This document shows positions 24,896-34,959 of a stretch of 35,120 bases of DNA, one piece after another (the stretch's first letter is position 1; each line of letters opens with the position of its first letter). Source of the DNA: a virus (taxonomy: Duplodnaviria > Caudoviricetes); the IMG/VR virus record IMGVR_UViG_3300020043_000969, positions 1 to 35,120 of that record; one strand, given 5' to 3'. The notes beneath the pieces were generated by a model that was given only the letters and a program-made list of their open reading frames with translations, was not told the origin of the DNA and did not search any database. The translations under genes and the position numbers were made by a program.

Positions 24896-26304
24896 TAGAA
24901 TTTGGCGAATGGCTACCAGACCAAGCTGGAATAACTGGCGCTATACAGGATGCCTACAATGTCGTTCCCCAGGCAGTAGGCTATGGCCCATTCCCTGAGT
25001 TGGTAGAGTTATCAGGCGCAGCAAGCGAAAACCTAAACAATGTATTTGCTACTAAGTTTGGTGGCACTACTACCCTATTTGCTGGTGGTTTTACTAAACT
25101 ATTTAAGTACAATTCAACTACATTAGCATTAGCAGATGTATCTAAAGTTGGTGGATATTCTGGTACAAATCGTTGGACTTTTGCACAGTATGGGCCATCT
25201 CTCATTGCTGCCAATGGAGTAAACAAACTACAAGTATGGAATCTAGCAAGCTCTACAGCGTTTGCTGATCTAGATGCCGCAGCTCCTACTGCTAAGTTTG
25301 TGACTACAGTACGAGATTTTGTGGTCGCTGGCAATGTATCCGGAGAGGAATCTACTGTTTATTGGTCTGATTTAAACGATGAAACCGATTGGACTCCTGG
25401 CGCTACAAGCCAATCCGATAGCCAGGTCATTGCAGATGGTGGCGATATTCGTGGTATTACTGGTGGTGAATATGGATTAGTTTTCTTAGAAAAAGCAATC
25501 TCCAGAATGACTTATGTAGGTGCGCCACTATTCTTTCAGTTTGATACCATTGCTAGGAATATTGGGTGTTATGAGGCAAATTCAATAGCCCAGTTTGGTA
25601 ATTTAGTATTTTTTCTAGCTGATGATGGATTTTATATGTGCGATGGGCAGACAGTTACACCTATCGGAGCAGAAAAGATAGATCGCTACTTTTTTACCTT
25701 TGCAGATCAATCTGAAATAGATAAGATGAGCGCTAGTGTAGATGTCATTCGTAAACTAATCGTTTGGCAATACACAGACATTTTTGCCCAGAAACGGTTA
25801 ATAATCTACAACTTCCAAACTAAAAAATGGTCTGAGGCAGAAACTACTTCTACTTATGTAGCAACATTGGCACAAGCTGGAGTAACCCTAGAAGGATTAG
25901 ATACCTTTGGGAATATGGATACCATTGATACTTCCTTTGATAGCCGTATATGGGCTGGCGGTAAGTTTGTATTGGCAGGGGTAAAAGATACCAAAATTGT
26001 TACTTTTACTGGGTCTAATAAGTCTGGCTATGTTACTACAGGCGATCTAGGCAACGGAAACCAGTCAATCATTATGTTAGCCAAGCCAAAGGTAGATACT
26101 GGCTCTGCAAGCGTTTCTGTAGCCTCTAGAGCGTTGTTAAGCGATGTGCCTACATTTGGTACTGCTGTAGCCGCAGACAGCGAGAATAGGGCATCCCTGC
26201 GCTCTGGTGGCAAGTACCATAGAGTAAGGGTTTCCCCTACAGGCGCTAACTGGAAAACGGCTGCTGGTGTAGAGATTGATCTAGTTCCCCAAGGTGGTAG
26301 GTAA
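24880..26304 (+). CDS. Tail nozzle/hub (P22 gp10 / T7 gp12-like beta-propeller)
   Basis: FGEWLPDQ, VYWS, IGC...SI, FFLADDGFY; 474 aa; position. Confidence 0.8.
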   Translation: MATSIVEFGEWLPDQAGITGAIQDAYNVVPQAVGYGPFPELVELSGAASENLNNVFATKFGGTTTLFAGGFTKLFKYNSTTLALADVSKVGGYSGTNRWTFAQYGPSLIAANGVNKLQVWNLASSTAFADLDAAAPTAKFVTTVRDFVVAGNVSGEESTVYWSDLNDETDWTPGATSQSDSQVIADGGDIRGITGGEYGLVFLEKAISRMTYVGAPLFFQFDTIARNIGCYEANSIAQFGNLVFFLADDGFYMCDGQTVTPIGAEKIDRYFFTFADQSEIDKMSASVDVIRKLIVWQYTDIFAQKRLIIYNFQTKKWSEAETTSTYVATLAQAGVTLEGLDTFGNMDTIDTSFDSRIWAGGKFVLAGVKDTKIVTFTGSNKSGYVTTGDLGNGNQSIIMLAKPKVDTGSASVSVASRALLSDVPTFGTAVAADSENRASLRSGGKYHRVRVSPTGANWKTAAGVEIDLVPQGGR

Positions 26305-26606
26305 TGTTTCGTAGACTTCCTCCTATTGGTGGCGATCAACGAGCTGTAGCTGAGATCGTTAATGGAATGATGGATGGCAAGACCAACAATACTGGGTCTA
26401 TTACCTTAACTCAATCTAGTACAACTACTACTCTTACAGATGCAAGAATATCTAGAGATACTATTATTTTGTTTATGCCGTTAAATCAGAAGGCAGCACA
26501 AGAAATAGCATCAACTTATATTTCAGCAAGAACAACTGGATCAGCAACGATTACTCATGGGTCGCATAACTTTGATATGACCTTTGGATATGCTTTAGTT
26601 GGATAA
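26304..26606 (+). CDS. Small tail protein (needle/plug position)
   Basis: Position after nozzle; Thr-rich. Confidence 0.6.
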   Translation: MFRRLPPIGGDQRAVAEIVNGMMDGKTNNTGSITLTQSSTTTTLTDARISRDTIILFMPLNQKAAQEIASTYISARTTGSATITHGSHNFDMTFGYALVG

Positions 26607-26643
26607 TTACCACTTTTCTACCAATTGTAGGTAAAATTATGGT

Positions 26644-27030
26644 ATGCAAAAATTCTATGTAAAACCAGAGGATTTAAGGCTGTACTGGGATTATGTTAGA
26701 AAAGGTTTATTAAAGATTTTAAGTAAGACACCCGAAGGATGGATTCCAGAGGATGTATATGTAGAATGTTTCAATAACAAGGCTCTTTTATGGGCTTTCT
26801 CGCAGGACAACCGAATAGTAGGCTTTTCGGTTCTGCAACCCCAAGGCGATAATCTACATATATGGTGTTCATATTTTGAGCATAACCTCGATCCTTGTTG
26901 GCAGGCTCTATTAGAGATCGCTAAAGCTGGTGGAGCAAGTACAGTAACTTTTGACTCTCATCGTAAAGGATGGGATGTAATAGCAAGAAAATATGGGTTT
27001 AGACCTAGAAAATGGATAAAGGATATTTGA
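26644..27030 (+). CDS. GNAT-like small protein (P22 gp14 position)
   Basis: LHIW...AKAGGASTV.F.S.RKGW...YGF. Confidence 0.6.
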   Translation: MQKFYVKPEDLRLYWDYVRKGLLKILSKTPEGWIPEDVYVECFNNKALLWAFSQDNRIVGFSVLQPQGDNLHIWCSYFEHNLDPCWQALLEIAKAGGASTVTFDSHRKGWDVIARKYGFRPRKWIKDI

Positions 27031-27031
27031 T

Positions 27032-27886
27032 ATGGGCGGAATAGCAAGCGCAGTTGGCGGAATTTTTGGCGGTGGTGGCGGTGGTCAAACCGACATGAGA
27101 ACAACCACTACTCGTAACGAAATAGATCCAATGCTCCAGCCTTATGTACAGTTTGGACTAGGCGAGGCAAAACGCTTATACGAATCACAAGGCCCATCTT
27201 ACTTTCCAGGGCAGACCTATGTTAGCCCTACAGCAACCACCTTATCTGCGCTACAAGCCGGTGAGCAAAGAGCTGGGGCTGGATCTCCTTTACTAAGAGC
27301 AGCACAGGCTGAAAACTTAGCTAATGTACAAGGTCAGTATCTAGGTGGAAACCCTTTCTTTCAAGGTGCTTTTAATCCTGCTGCCAAGGCTGCTCAACAA
27401 TCCTATTACGATGCTATTCAAAATGTAACATCTAAGGCTGCTAGTGCTGGTCGCTATGGATCTGGCGCTTATGGTCAATTAACAGATCGTGCCGGTGGCA
27501 CTTTTGCAACTGCGCTTACTGATACTGCTGGCAAACTAGCCTATCAGAATTACGCAGACGAAAGAGCAAGACAGGTTGCTGCTACGGCTGCTGCACCTGG
27601 CATGGCAGAGGCAGACTACGGAGATATTCAGCGTTTACTTGCAATCGGACAGGGCAGAGAAGGTTATGCCCAGACTGCATTGCAAGATCAAATCAATCGT
27701 TATAACTACGAGCAAAATTTACCACAAGCAAAACTGCAATCATTCCTAAGTGGCGTATATGGCGCACCTAGTGGCGGTATCTCTACTTCTACTCAGCCTA
27801 TCTACTCTAATCCAGGACAACAAGGCCTAGGTAACTTGCTAGGCATTGCCGGTACAGGCGCACAAATTTATGGTGCATTTAAATGA
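27032..27886 (+). CDS. Ejection (pilot) protein, gp7-like position
   Basis: MGG N-terminus, Gly/Ala/Gln-rich, no Cys. Confidence 0.75.
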   Translation: MGGIASAVGGIFGGGGGGQTDMRTTTTRNEIDPMLQPYVQFGLGEAKRLYESQGPSYFPGQTYVSPTATTLSALQAGEQRAGAGSPLLRAAQAENLANVQGQYLGGNPFFQGAFNPAAKAAQQSYYDAIQNVTSKAASAGRYGSGAYGQLTDRAGGTFATALTDTAGKLAYQNYADERARQVAATAAAPGMAEADYGDIQRLLAIGQGREGYAQTALQDQINRYNYEQNLPQAKLQSFLSGVYGAPSGGISTSTQPIYSNPGQQGLGNLLGIAGTGAQIYGAFK

Positions 27887-28656
27887 ACCTAAGTTTCCTA
27901 GATGATCTTTTTAGTGGTATTGGCGGTGGTTTAGCTGATGTAGATAAATTTGTAGACAGAGAAATGCCATTTGATTCTGGATGGGGATTTCCTGCTGCTG
28001 TATTAGCGGCTATTGCTGCTCCTCAACTTATTCCTGCTTTTGCTGAAGCTGGCGGTGCTGCTGGAGGCGCTGCTGGTGTTGGTGCAGCAGAAGGAGCTGG
28101 AGTTGCTGCTAGTGGTGAATCATTTTTAGGAACTACGGCTATCCCACAATTTGACATGATGAATATATTATCAAGTGGGGGTGACTCAATTGGTTCTGGT
28201 GGAATGAATGGTCTTTTATCTAGTTATGGTTTGGATGCCGGCTCATTTGCTGGTCAAGAGGCTTTTTCACTTCCAAGCTCTGCTTACACTCCAGAATATT
28301 TGGATATGCTTGCAAAATCCCAAGGTGTAGATGCTGGCGATGTAAGTTTCTTAGATAGATTGCTTGGCAATACAGAACAAGGTTTATATAAGCAGGAAGG
28401 ACTTGCTAAACAAGCATCTAGTCAAACATTAACAGATATGTTGAAGAAACAATCTCAGCAGAAAGCACTTAGCCAACTTACTCAAAGTGGGTCTAATATG
28501 CAACAACAAAACAACGCTCAACAAGCAGAACAAAACAGAATGGCTCAGTTACAAGCAATGATGCGTAAAGGACAAGGGGTAGACACAACTACTGCTTTGC
28601 TTTCTTTATTGCAAGACAGAGAGCAATCAAGACAACCTAGAATATCTTTAATCTGA
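27883..28656 (+). CDS. Putative ejection protein with hydrophobic segment
   Basis: GWGFPAAVLAAIAAPQLIPAF, Gly/Ala run, Gln-rich tail. Confidence 0.65.
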   Translation: MNLSFLDDLFSGIGGGLADVDKFVDREMPFDSGWGFPAAVLAAIAAPQLIPAFAEAGGAAGGAAGVGAAEGAGVAASGESFLGTTAIPQFDMMNILSSGGDSIGSGGMNGLLSSYGLDAGSFAGQEAFSLPSSAYTPEYLDMLAKSQGVDAGDVSFLDRLLGNTEQGLYKQEGLAKQASSQTLTDMLKKQSQQKALSQLTQSGSNMQQQNNAQQAEQNRMAQLQAMMRKGQGVDTTTALLSLLQDREQSRQPRISLI

Positions 28657-28663
28657 GGCAAAT

Positions 28664-29875
28664 ATGGCAATAATTCCATCGTATTATGAAGGCTTATTAT
28701 CAGAAGATGATATGTCATCTCTGCGTAACCAAGCACTTGCATCTGGATTATTAAGCGCAGGCGCAGCATTTTCTAGAGCTGGCGCACCATCTACGATGCC
28801 ACAAGGAGGTGGCTTTACCGAGGCACTACAAGGCTTTAATCAAGGCTATACAGGCCAAGTAGATTCTGCGTTAAATAATATGTTAAGAGCTACTCAGGTT
28901 CAAGAGTTAGTGCGTAAGCAAAAAGAGGCGCAACAGTTAAGACAGTTATATGCAAGCGCATATACTCCAGAAAAACAAATTGCTCTGCCATCAGAAATAG
29001 GCCCTACTGTAGTAAACACTCCAGCATCTTTTGATATGGCAAAAATTATTCCTCAGTTAATGTCTAGTGGATATATTGACCAAGTAAAAACTGCTGCTGA
29101 GGCTACAAGTGCTTTAAAAGAGTCTGGCCTTATTCCTGGTGGCGGCACTATGAAATTCTCTGATGTTGCTGGGCCAGTAAAAGAGGCAATACAAACTCTT
29201 GGCATTAAAGATGCAAGCGGAAGGTTAAAGACTCCCGATATGTTCACAGATGAAGATAGGGCAAGGGTAGCAACTTATATTACTTCTTCTGATGTAAACA
29301 AATCTCCAAAAATTAATGTATCTGATCCTACTGCTGTTGCTAAAGCGCAGTCTGAGAATGTTAAAGATTTTAATACTCAGATTAAAGACTTTAGAGAAGT
29401 AGGAAGAAGGTACAACGCAATGGTAGAGGCGCATAAAGATAAAGCAAACCCAGCCACAGACTCTACTTTAATTTATGGCCTTGCAAAAATTTATGACCCT
29501 GCTGGTGCTGTTCAGCAGGGAGATATTGCAACAATTAAGGGTAAGCGCAGTATTCCACAATCCGTTGTTGGTTTGGCAGATAGAGTTGGTCGTGGTGGAA
29601 CTCTCACAGAACAAGAACGAGATAATGTAATTTCTACAGCATATAGCATGGTTAATAGCTATTCCAAATCCGTTCAATCAGATGTAGATACTTACAGATC
29701 ATTTTCTAAATCGTTTGGCGCAGATCCAAATCAAATTAAAAATCCTTTTGAGTCAATTGCAAAGCCAGATTACATTTTTGTAACTATTGGTGGTAAACAA
29801 GCAAAAGCTACAAAAGCAAAAGATGGTGCGTATTACATCCAGCGTGGCGATCAATACTACAAGGTGAGCGATTAA
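28664..29875 (+). CDS. Ejection protein, gp20-like position
   Basis: 403 aa helical; LAKIYDPAGAVQQGD motif. Confidence 0.7.
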   Translation: MAIIPSYYEGLLSEDDMSSLRNQALASGLLSAGAAFSRAGAPSTMPQGGGFTEALQGFNQGYTGQVDSALNNMLRATQVQELVRKQKEAQQLRQLYASAYTPEKQIALPSEIGPTVVNTPASFDMAKIIPQLMSSGYIDQVKTAAEATSALKESGLIPGGGTMKFSDVAGPVKEAIQTLGIKDASGRLKTPDMFTDEDRARVATYITSSDVNKSPKINVSDPTAVAKAQSENVKDFNTQIKDFREVGRRYNAMVEAHKDKANPATDSTLIYGLAKIYDPAGAVQQGDIATIKGKRSIPQSVVGLADRVGRGGTLTEQERDNVISTAYSMVNSYSKSVQSDVDTYRSFSKSFGADPNQIKNPFESIAKPDYIFVTIGGKQAKATKAKDGAYYIQRGDQYYKVSD

Positions 29876-32022
29876 TGGTTACTCTTACAGCCGTTCAAGG
29901 CAATCCGTTTGAAGATCAAGAAAAGAAAGTTCCTAGCCAATCTACCAATGTAGATTTGGGTTTGCCACAGTTACCAGTACCAACAGCACAAACTCCAGAG
30001 ATTACAAGTGCTATGGTTGGCCCTATGGAAAGTTTTAAGATGTTTCTTGGGACTTTATCAACAACAGACCCAAGAGCATTGCAAGATATTGTTTTGAAGT
30101 CTGTAGAAGGCTCACAAGGCGGTGAAGATGCTCAAGGAAACCCTTATGTTGTAATTGGTGGAAAGCCATTCTATACGAATAAGACTGGGCTATCCCCTGT
30201 GGATGCTATTGGTTTTGGTGGTGATTTGCTTGCATTTTTACCAGTTGGAAAATTTGCATCAATGGCAAAAAATGTAGCTACAAGATTAGGAATTGCTAGT
30301 CTTGCTAGTGGCGCTATTTCAACTGGAAAAGAGATAGGGGCGCAATTACTGGGATCAGAGCAACAAGTCGATACAACTAAGATTGCATTAGATGCTGCGT
30401 TTGGTGGCGGCGGTCAATTGGTTGGCGATGCTCTCACAACATTTATTAGAAATAGAAAACCAGTATTTAACGCTAGTGGAAATATATCTACTCAATTCTC
30501 AGACGAGTTAAAAAAAGCTGGAATCAACATTAATGATTTTGGATCAAAAGGACAAGAGGTTCTTGTTTCTGCTTATAAGAATTTAGGATCATCTTTTTCT
30601 AAAGAGGCTGAAAGAGTAACTGGCGCAGCAAGGTCTGCCGAGGCTGGTGGCATCCCATTAACAGCTGGTCAAGCTACTGGAGATGTTCGCCAAATAGCAA
30701 AAGAAGAAGCAATGCGCCAAGGTGCTAGAGGCGGTATTGCTCAAAAGATTATGCAGAAGTTTGAGGAAGGCCAAAAAGCTGCTGTTGGCCAAAGAGCAAC
30801 GGCTATCGGTGAAGAAATTGCTCCAGCATCTACAGTAGCAACGCAAACCGAGGCTGGTGGGATGTTGTTTGAAACATTAAGGGCCAAGCAAAAAGAACTC
30901 AAAGGTGCAGCATCAAAAGCCTACAATGAAACAGATTTACGGACTTTGGCTATACCAACAGAAACAACATCTACATTAACAAGTAAGATTTCTGATGTTA
31001 TTAAAGAAGGTGATTTTATTCTTAATAAAGAATTAACGCCTGCTGCATCAAGTGCATATAATTCACTTGTAAATATTATTCCAAAAATAGACAAAGCGAA
31101 TGTATCTCAAATTAATTTAAAATCTTTAGAATCTACAAGAAGAACATTGGGTCAATATTACAAAGCAGCAGCAAATGATGCTGATAGAAATGCTGTAACT
31201 ATGCTTACAAAACAATTTGATGATTGGCTAGATGACACAATCACAAAAGGTCTTGCTAGTGGCGATTTAGATCAATTAAATAAATTAAAAGATGCACGAG
31301 CATTATCAAGAGATTATTTTAGTAAATTTAAAATAGACCCTAAAGCTCCCGATGTAGATGCTCAAAAGGTTATTGATAAAATTGTTAGTAAAGATTTAAC
31401 GCCAGTAGAAACAATGAATTATTTGTTTGGCGCAGCAAAGCTAGGTGATAACCAAACAGCCGTAAGAACTGCTAAAAAATTCAAAGAAATTTTTGGTGAA
31501 AACTCTCCAGAGTTTGATGAGTTTAGAAGGGCTGCTTATTTAAGACTTGTACAAGATACGCAAGGAAACATAAAACCAGCAAGCAAAATTGTTGGTGAGG
31601 TAGATGAACTTATCCTTGGTCGTGGATCTGCATTAGCAAAAGAAATATTTACACCAGAACAAACAAGGTCTTTAAAACAATTTAGATCTGCTATTAGCAA
31701 AACATTAACTCCAGCAGAGGCAACAAACCCATCTAAAACTGGTTATGAAATTGCACGACTTGGAGAAGATATATTTAAGGGCGTTGGAATTATGAGTGCG
31801 ATAGGCGGTGATGTTGGTACTGGCGCAGCCATTAGTGCTTTTGGTGGTGTATTAAAACCAGCAAGAGGCGCAATTCAAGCAATGCAAGCAACTAGGGGGG
31901 TAACTGCTCCTGCTTTACGGAGTATGTATGGTGCGCCTGTTGGTGTTGCAAGTGGTAATTTTGCTGCCGATATGCTAAGAGAAAGAGAAGATATGCAACT
32001 AAGAGGATTATTAGGAGAGTAA
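29875..32022 (+). CDS. Large ejection protein, gp16-like position
   Basis: 715 aa; Gly/Ala hydrophobic hairpin, GIPLTAGQATG motif. Confidence 0.75.
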   Translation: MVTLTAVQGNPFEDQEKKVPSQSTNVDLGLPQLPVPTAQTPEITSAMVGPMESFKMFLGTLSTTDPRALQDIVLKSVEGSQGGEDAQGNPYVVIGGKPFYTNKTGLSPVDAIGFGGDLLAFLPVGKFASMAKNVATRLGIASLASGAISTGKEIGAQLLGSEQQVDTTKIALDAAFGGGGQLVGDALTTFIRNRKPVFNASGNISTQFSDELKKAGININDFGSKGQEVLVSAYKNLGSSFSKEAERVTGAARSAEAGGIPLTAGQATGDVRQIAKEEAMRQGARGGIAQKIMQKFEEGQKAAVGQRATAIGEEIAPASTVATQTEAGGMLFETLRAKQKELKGAASKAYNETDLRTLAIPTETTSTLTSKISDVIKEGDFILNKELTPAASSAYNSLVNIIPKIDKANVSQINLKSLESTRRTLGQYYKAAANDADRNAVTMLTKQFDDWLDDTITKGLASGDLDQLNKLKDARALSRDYFSKFKIDPKAPDVDAQKVIDKIVSKDLTPVETMNYLFGAAKLGDNQTAVRTAKKFKEIFGENSPEFDEFRRAAYLRLVQDTQGNIKPASKIVGEVDELILGRGSALAKEIFTPEQTRSLKQFRSAISKTLTPAEATNPSKTGYEIARLGEDIFKGVGIMSAIGGDVGTGAAISAFGGVLKPARGAIQAMQATRGVTAPALRSMYGAPVGVASGNFAADMLREREDMQLRGLLGE

Positions 32023-32101
32023 TTATCGCTCCATATAATCCAAACATTGCATAAGAAATATGACCAATTACAATTGATAAAGCAATAGATAAATTTTGCA
32101 T
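31892..32101 (-). CDS. Possible antisense membrane protein (SieA position)
   Basis: MQNLSIALSIVIGHISYAMFGLYGAIITLLIILLVAYLLFLLAYR...; no clear RBS. Confidence 0.4.
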   Translation of the reverse strand: MQNLSIALSIVIGHISYAMFGLYGAIITLLIILLVAYLLFLLAYRQQNYHLQHQQAHHTYSVKQEQLPP

Positions 32102-32112
32102 AAAGGCTAAAG

Positions 32113-32949
32113 ATGGCAAAGACTAAGATTTCAGAGTTTGATAGCACACCAGCTAACAATACAGATATAGACAGTATAAACATAGCAGAAGGCTGCGCTC
32201 CATCTGGCATTAACAATGCTATTCGTGAGTTAATGAGCCAACTAAAAGACCAACAAACAGGCGCATCAGGCGATAACTTTACTGTCGGTGGAAACTTAGT
32301 AGTAACTGGTACATCTGTACATACTGGGGCTACTACCTTTACTGGTGCTGTAGTAATGTCTACTGCCTTGCCTGTGGCATCTGGTGGAACAGGAGCATCT
32401 ACGGCTGGTAATGCTAGGACAAATTTAAGTGCTGCTAGTAGTGGCGCTAACTCAGACATTACTTCTATTACTGGTTTGACTACTGCATTAACTGTAGCAC
32501 AAGGTGGTACAGGCGCAGCAACCCATACATCTAAAGGTGTATTAATTGGTAATGGTACATCTGCTGTAACTACAGTATCACCAAGCACATCAGGAAATGT
32601 ATTAACTTCAGACGGAACAAGTTGGACATCTGCTGCAAATACCGGCTCTGCTAAAGCATGGGTAAATTGGAATGGAACAAGCACAGTAGCTATTCGTGGC
32701 TCTTACAATGTATCGTCTATTACTGACAACGGTACTGGAAATTACACCGTTAATTTTACAACTGCCATGCCTAACACTAATTATGCTACCGTAGGCGTTT
32801 GTGCATTAAGTAGCACCGTAAATCCTGGGGACACAGAAAGAGGTTTTACTCCTCAAGACTACAACACAACATCTATTAAATATGTTGTTACTGATAGTTT
32901 TTCAGGCATAGACCCATTGTTTTGTAATGTTGTAGTCTTTAGTTCTTAA
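32113..32949 (+). CDS. Second tail fibre / short tailspike
   Basis: EGCAPSGINNAIRELM anchor, LPVASGGTGA repeats, AKAWVNWNG...NVSSITDNGTGNY tip. Confidence 0.85.
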   Translation: MAKTKISEFDSTPANNTDIDSINIAEGCAPSGINNAIRELMSQLKDQQTGASGDNFTVGGNLVVTGTSVHTGATTFTGAVVMSTALPVASGGTGASTAGNARTNLSAASSGANSDITSITGLTTALTVAQGGTGAATHTSKGVLIGNGTSAVTTVSPSTSGNVLTSDGTSWTSAANTGSAKAWVNWNGTSTVAIRGSYNVSSITDNGTGNYTVNFTTAMPNTNYATVGVCALSSTVNPGDTERGFTPQDYNTTSIKYVVTDSFSGIDPLFCNVVVFSS

Positions 32950-32958
32950 GGATAAATC

Positions 32959-33354
32959 ATGTCACAAGTAATTATTTTTACTAACTCTAACGGTGGTGTA
33001 TCTACCTGCATCCCCACAGGTGAAATTAGCATTGAAGCTGTACTTGCTAAAGACTGCCCAGCAGGTGCAATCATTGTTGAGCAATCTTCTTTGCCAACCG
33101 CTAATGACTTCTATGACGCATGGGAATTAGCTAACGGAGTAGTTACTGTTAGTTTTGCCAAAGCCGTAGAGATTACTAAGAAGCGTTTACGAGCAGAGCG
33201 TACCCCACTTCTAGCCGCACAAGATGTAGCGTTTCAAAGAGCGCAAGAATCAGGTGCAGACACAACTTCTATCGTTGCTGAGAAACAAAGACTGCGTGAT
33301 ATTACTAACATTACCGCTACAACCTTAGACGAATTACGAGTATTGAAAGCCTAA
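32959..33354 (+). CDS. Tail fibre assembly-like protein
   Basis: LRAERTPLLAAQD...KQRLRDIT motif; follows fibre. Confidence 0.75.
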   Translation: MSQVIIFTNSNGGVSTCIPTGEISIEAVLAKDCPAGAIIVEQSSLPTANDFYDAWELANGVVTVSFAKAVEITKKRLRAERTPLLAAQDVAFQRAQESGADTTSIVAEKQRLRDITNITATTLDELRVLKA

Positions 33355-33356
33355 TT

Positions 33357-33554
33357 ATGTCAGACAAGCCAACTCTACCCCTTACAGACGAGCAGATTGA
33401 GCATATCGTTGAGCGAGTAACTGAGCGAGTTATTAGCAATGTATATACATCTGTAGGCAAGTCAGTCGTAACTAAATTCTTTTGGATAGTAGGCGTTGGT
33501 GCTATTGGCTTAGTTACCTACTTGGCTGGCATTGGTCAAATTAAGGTGGGCTAA
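33357..33554 (+). CDS. Single-TM protein in lysis region
   Basis: C-terminal hydrophobic helix. Confidence 0.7.
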   Translation: MSDKPTLPLTDEQIEHIVERVTERVISNVYTSVGKSVVTKFFWIVGVGAIGLVTYLAGIGQIKVG

Positions 33555-33557
33555 GAT

Positions 33558-34001
33558 GTGGACTACGGAATTATTGAAGGGGTCAAAGGACTTACAGATA
33601 GCCTTGAAGCAAGCAGAGTTGCAAGTAAAGGGCTATCTAAATCTATTGAAAATATACAACAAGATGGCGTGGATGTTGCCAAAGAACGAGCAAAAAATCG
33701 ACAGATCGCAGAAAGAGAAGCAGAGTTAAGAAAAGAACGAGCGTTAATCAAGGCTTTACAGGCATGGAAACATAAGAAACAAATTAGCGATGAAGAAGCA
33801 AATCTAAAGATAGAGTTCGTTAGGAAGTATGGCGCAAAAGAATGGGATGCGGTTCTAAAAATTAAGCTAGATATTGAGAACATGGAACGCAAATCTAACG
33901 AGGAATATCAACACGATATAAAAGCAGTAAGAAGGGTACAGTTTTGGTGTTTTTTTGTAGCTGCATTTATTGCGTGGTATTTAACTTGGGGTATTAAATA
34001 A
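33558..34001 (+). CDS. Coiled-coil protein with C-terminal TM helix
   Basis: Charged helices then FWCFFVAAFIAWYLTW. Confidence 0.7.
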   Translation: MDYGIIEGVKGLTDSLEASRVASKGLSKSIENIQQDGVDVAKERAKNRQIAEREAELRKERALIKALQAWKHKKQISDEEANLKIEFVRKYGAKEWDAVLKIKLDIENMERKSNEEYQHDIKAVRRVQFWCFFVAAFIAWYLTWGIK

Positions 34002-34486
34002 TGTTTACTTTGCTTACAACTCTCATATCGTTTTTGGCTGGTGGCTTGCCAAAGCTGATGGATTATTTTCAAGATAAGTCTGATAAGGCGCATGAACTAC
34101 AGTTAGCACAAATGCAAACTGAGCGTGAGTTAAAGATGCTCAAAGAAGGCTATGTAGCCCAGGCTAGAGTAGAGGAAATCCGCACAGAGCAGATCAGCAT
34201 ACAAAGCGCAGAGAAAGAGCGTGAGGCTCTTTATGCCCACGATATAGCCATCGGTCAGGGCGCAGCACAATGGGTCATTAACGCTAGAGCATTTACCCGC
34301 AGCTTTATTACTTATGGCCTGTTTATTCTATTTGCTTTTGTAGAGATATTTGGCTTTTACTATGCCGTTAAAACTGGCGTAGATTTCACCATTGCCCTTG
34401 ATGTATTGTGGGATAACGAAACTCAAATTGTCTGGGCTAGTGTTGTTTCTTTCTGGTTCGGAACTCAGGCCTTTAAAAGCAAATAA
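34001..34486 (+). CDS. Putative holin (3-TM type)
   Basis: N-terminal amphipathic helix, two TM segments, FWFG motif; TAATG-coupled to lysozyme. Confidence 0.7.
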   Translation: MFTLLTTLISFLAGGLPKLMDYFQDKSDKAHELQLAQMQTERELKMLKEGYVAQARVEEIRTEQISIQSAEKEREALYAHDIAIGQGAAQWVINARAFTRSFITYGLFILFAFVEIFGFYYAVKTGVDFTIALDVLWDNETQIVWASVVSFWFGTQAFKSK

Positions 34487-34959
34487 TGCTTGACCATAGA
34501 GTCATTGAGATGATTAAACACCATGAGGGCATACGAGTGCGCCCTTATCGGTGTCCAGCTTTATTATGGACTGTAGGAGTTGGTAGAGTTATCGACCCTA
34601 ATCATATAAAGGTAAAACTTGAAGAAAGAAAAAATTTACCAATCCCAGATGGATGGGACAGAACTCTCTCTATGGCAGAAGTGGACAAACTGTTGGAAGA
34701 AGATTTGGCAAGGTTTGAAAACGGAGTACGAAGATTATGTCCTAATGGCCTTACTGCTGGTAGGTTTGGCGCACTTGTTTCTTTCGCCTTCAATGTTGGA
34801 CTCGGCAATCTCCAAAATTCTACCCTTCGGATGAAGCACAATCGAGGTGAGTATGAGTCTGCTGCCGAGGAATTTCTAAAGTGGAATAAAGCCGGTGGCA
34901 AGGAATTAAAAGGATTAACTACCAGGCGAAAAGATGAAAAAGATTTGTATTTATCTTAA
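34486..34959 (+). CDS. Endolysin, GH24 phage lysozyme
   Basis: HEG.R..PY.C....WTVGVG, ALVSFAFNVG.G, W.KAGG..L.GL..RR..E. Confidence 0.95.
   Translation: MLDHRVIEMIKHHEGIRVRPYRCPALLWTVGVGRVIDPNHIKVKLEERKNLPIPDGWDRTLSMAEVDKLLEEDLARFENGVRRLCPNGLTAGRFGALVSFAFNVGLGNLQNSTLRMKHNRGEYESAAEEFLKWNKAGGKELKGLTTRRKDEKDLYLS

Noticed and set aside
31875-32684. Long antisense ORFs (also 24337-24849, 24981-25334, 23042-23386)
   Set aside because: Mirror frames of Gly/Ala/Thr-rich structural genes with no RBS or motifs
21642-32949. Diversity-generating retroelement or invertible fibre switch
   Set aside because: No reverse transcriptase or invertase, and no template/variable repeat pair seen
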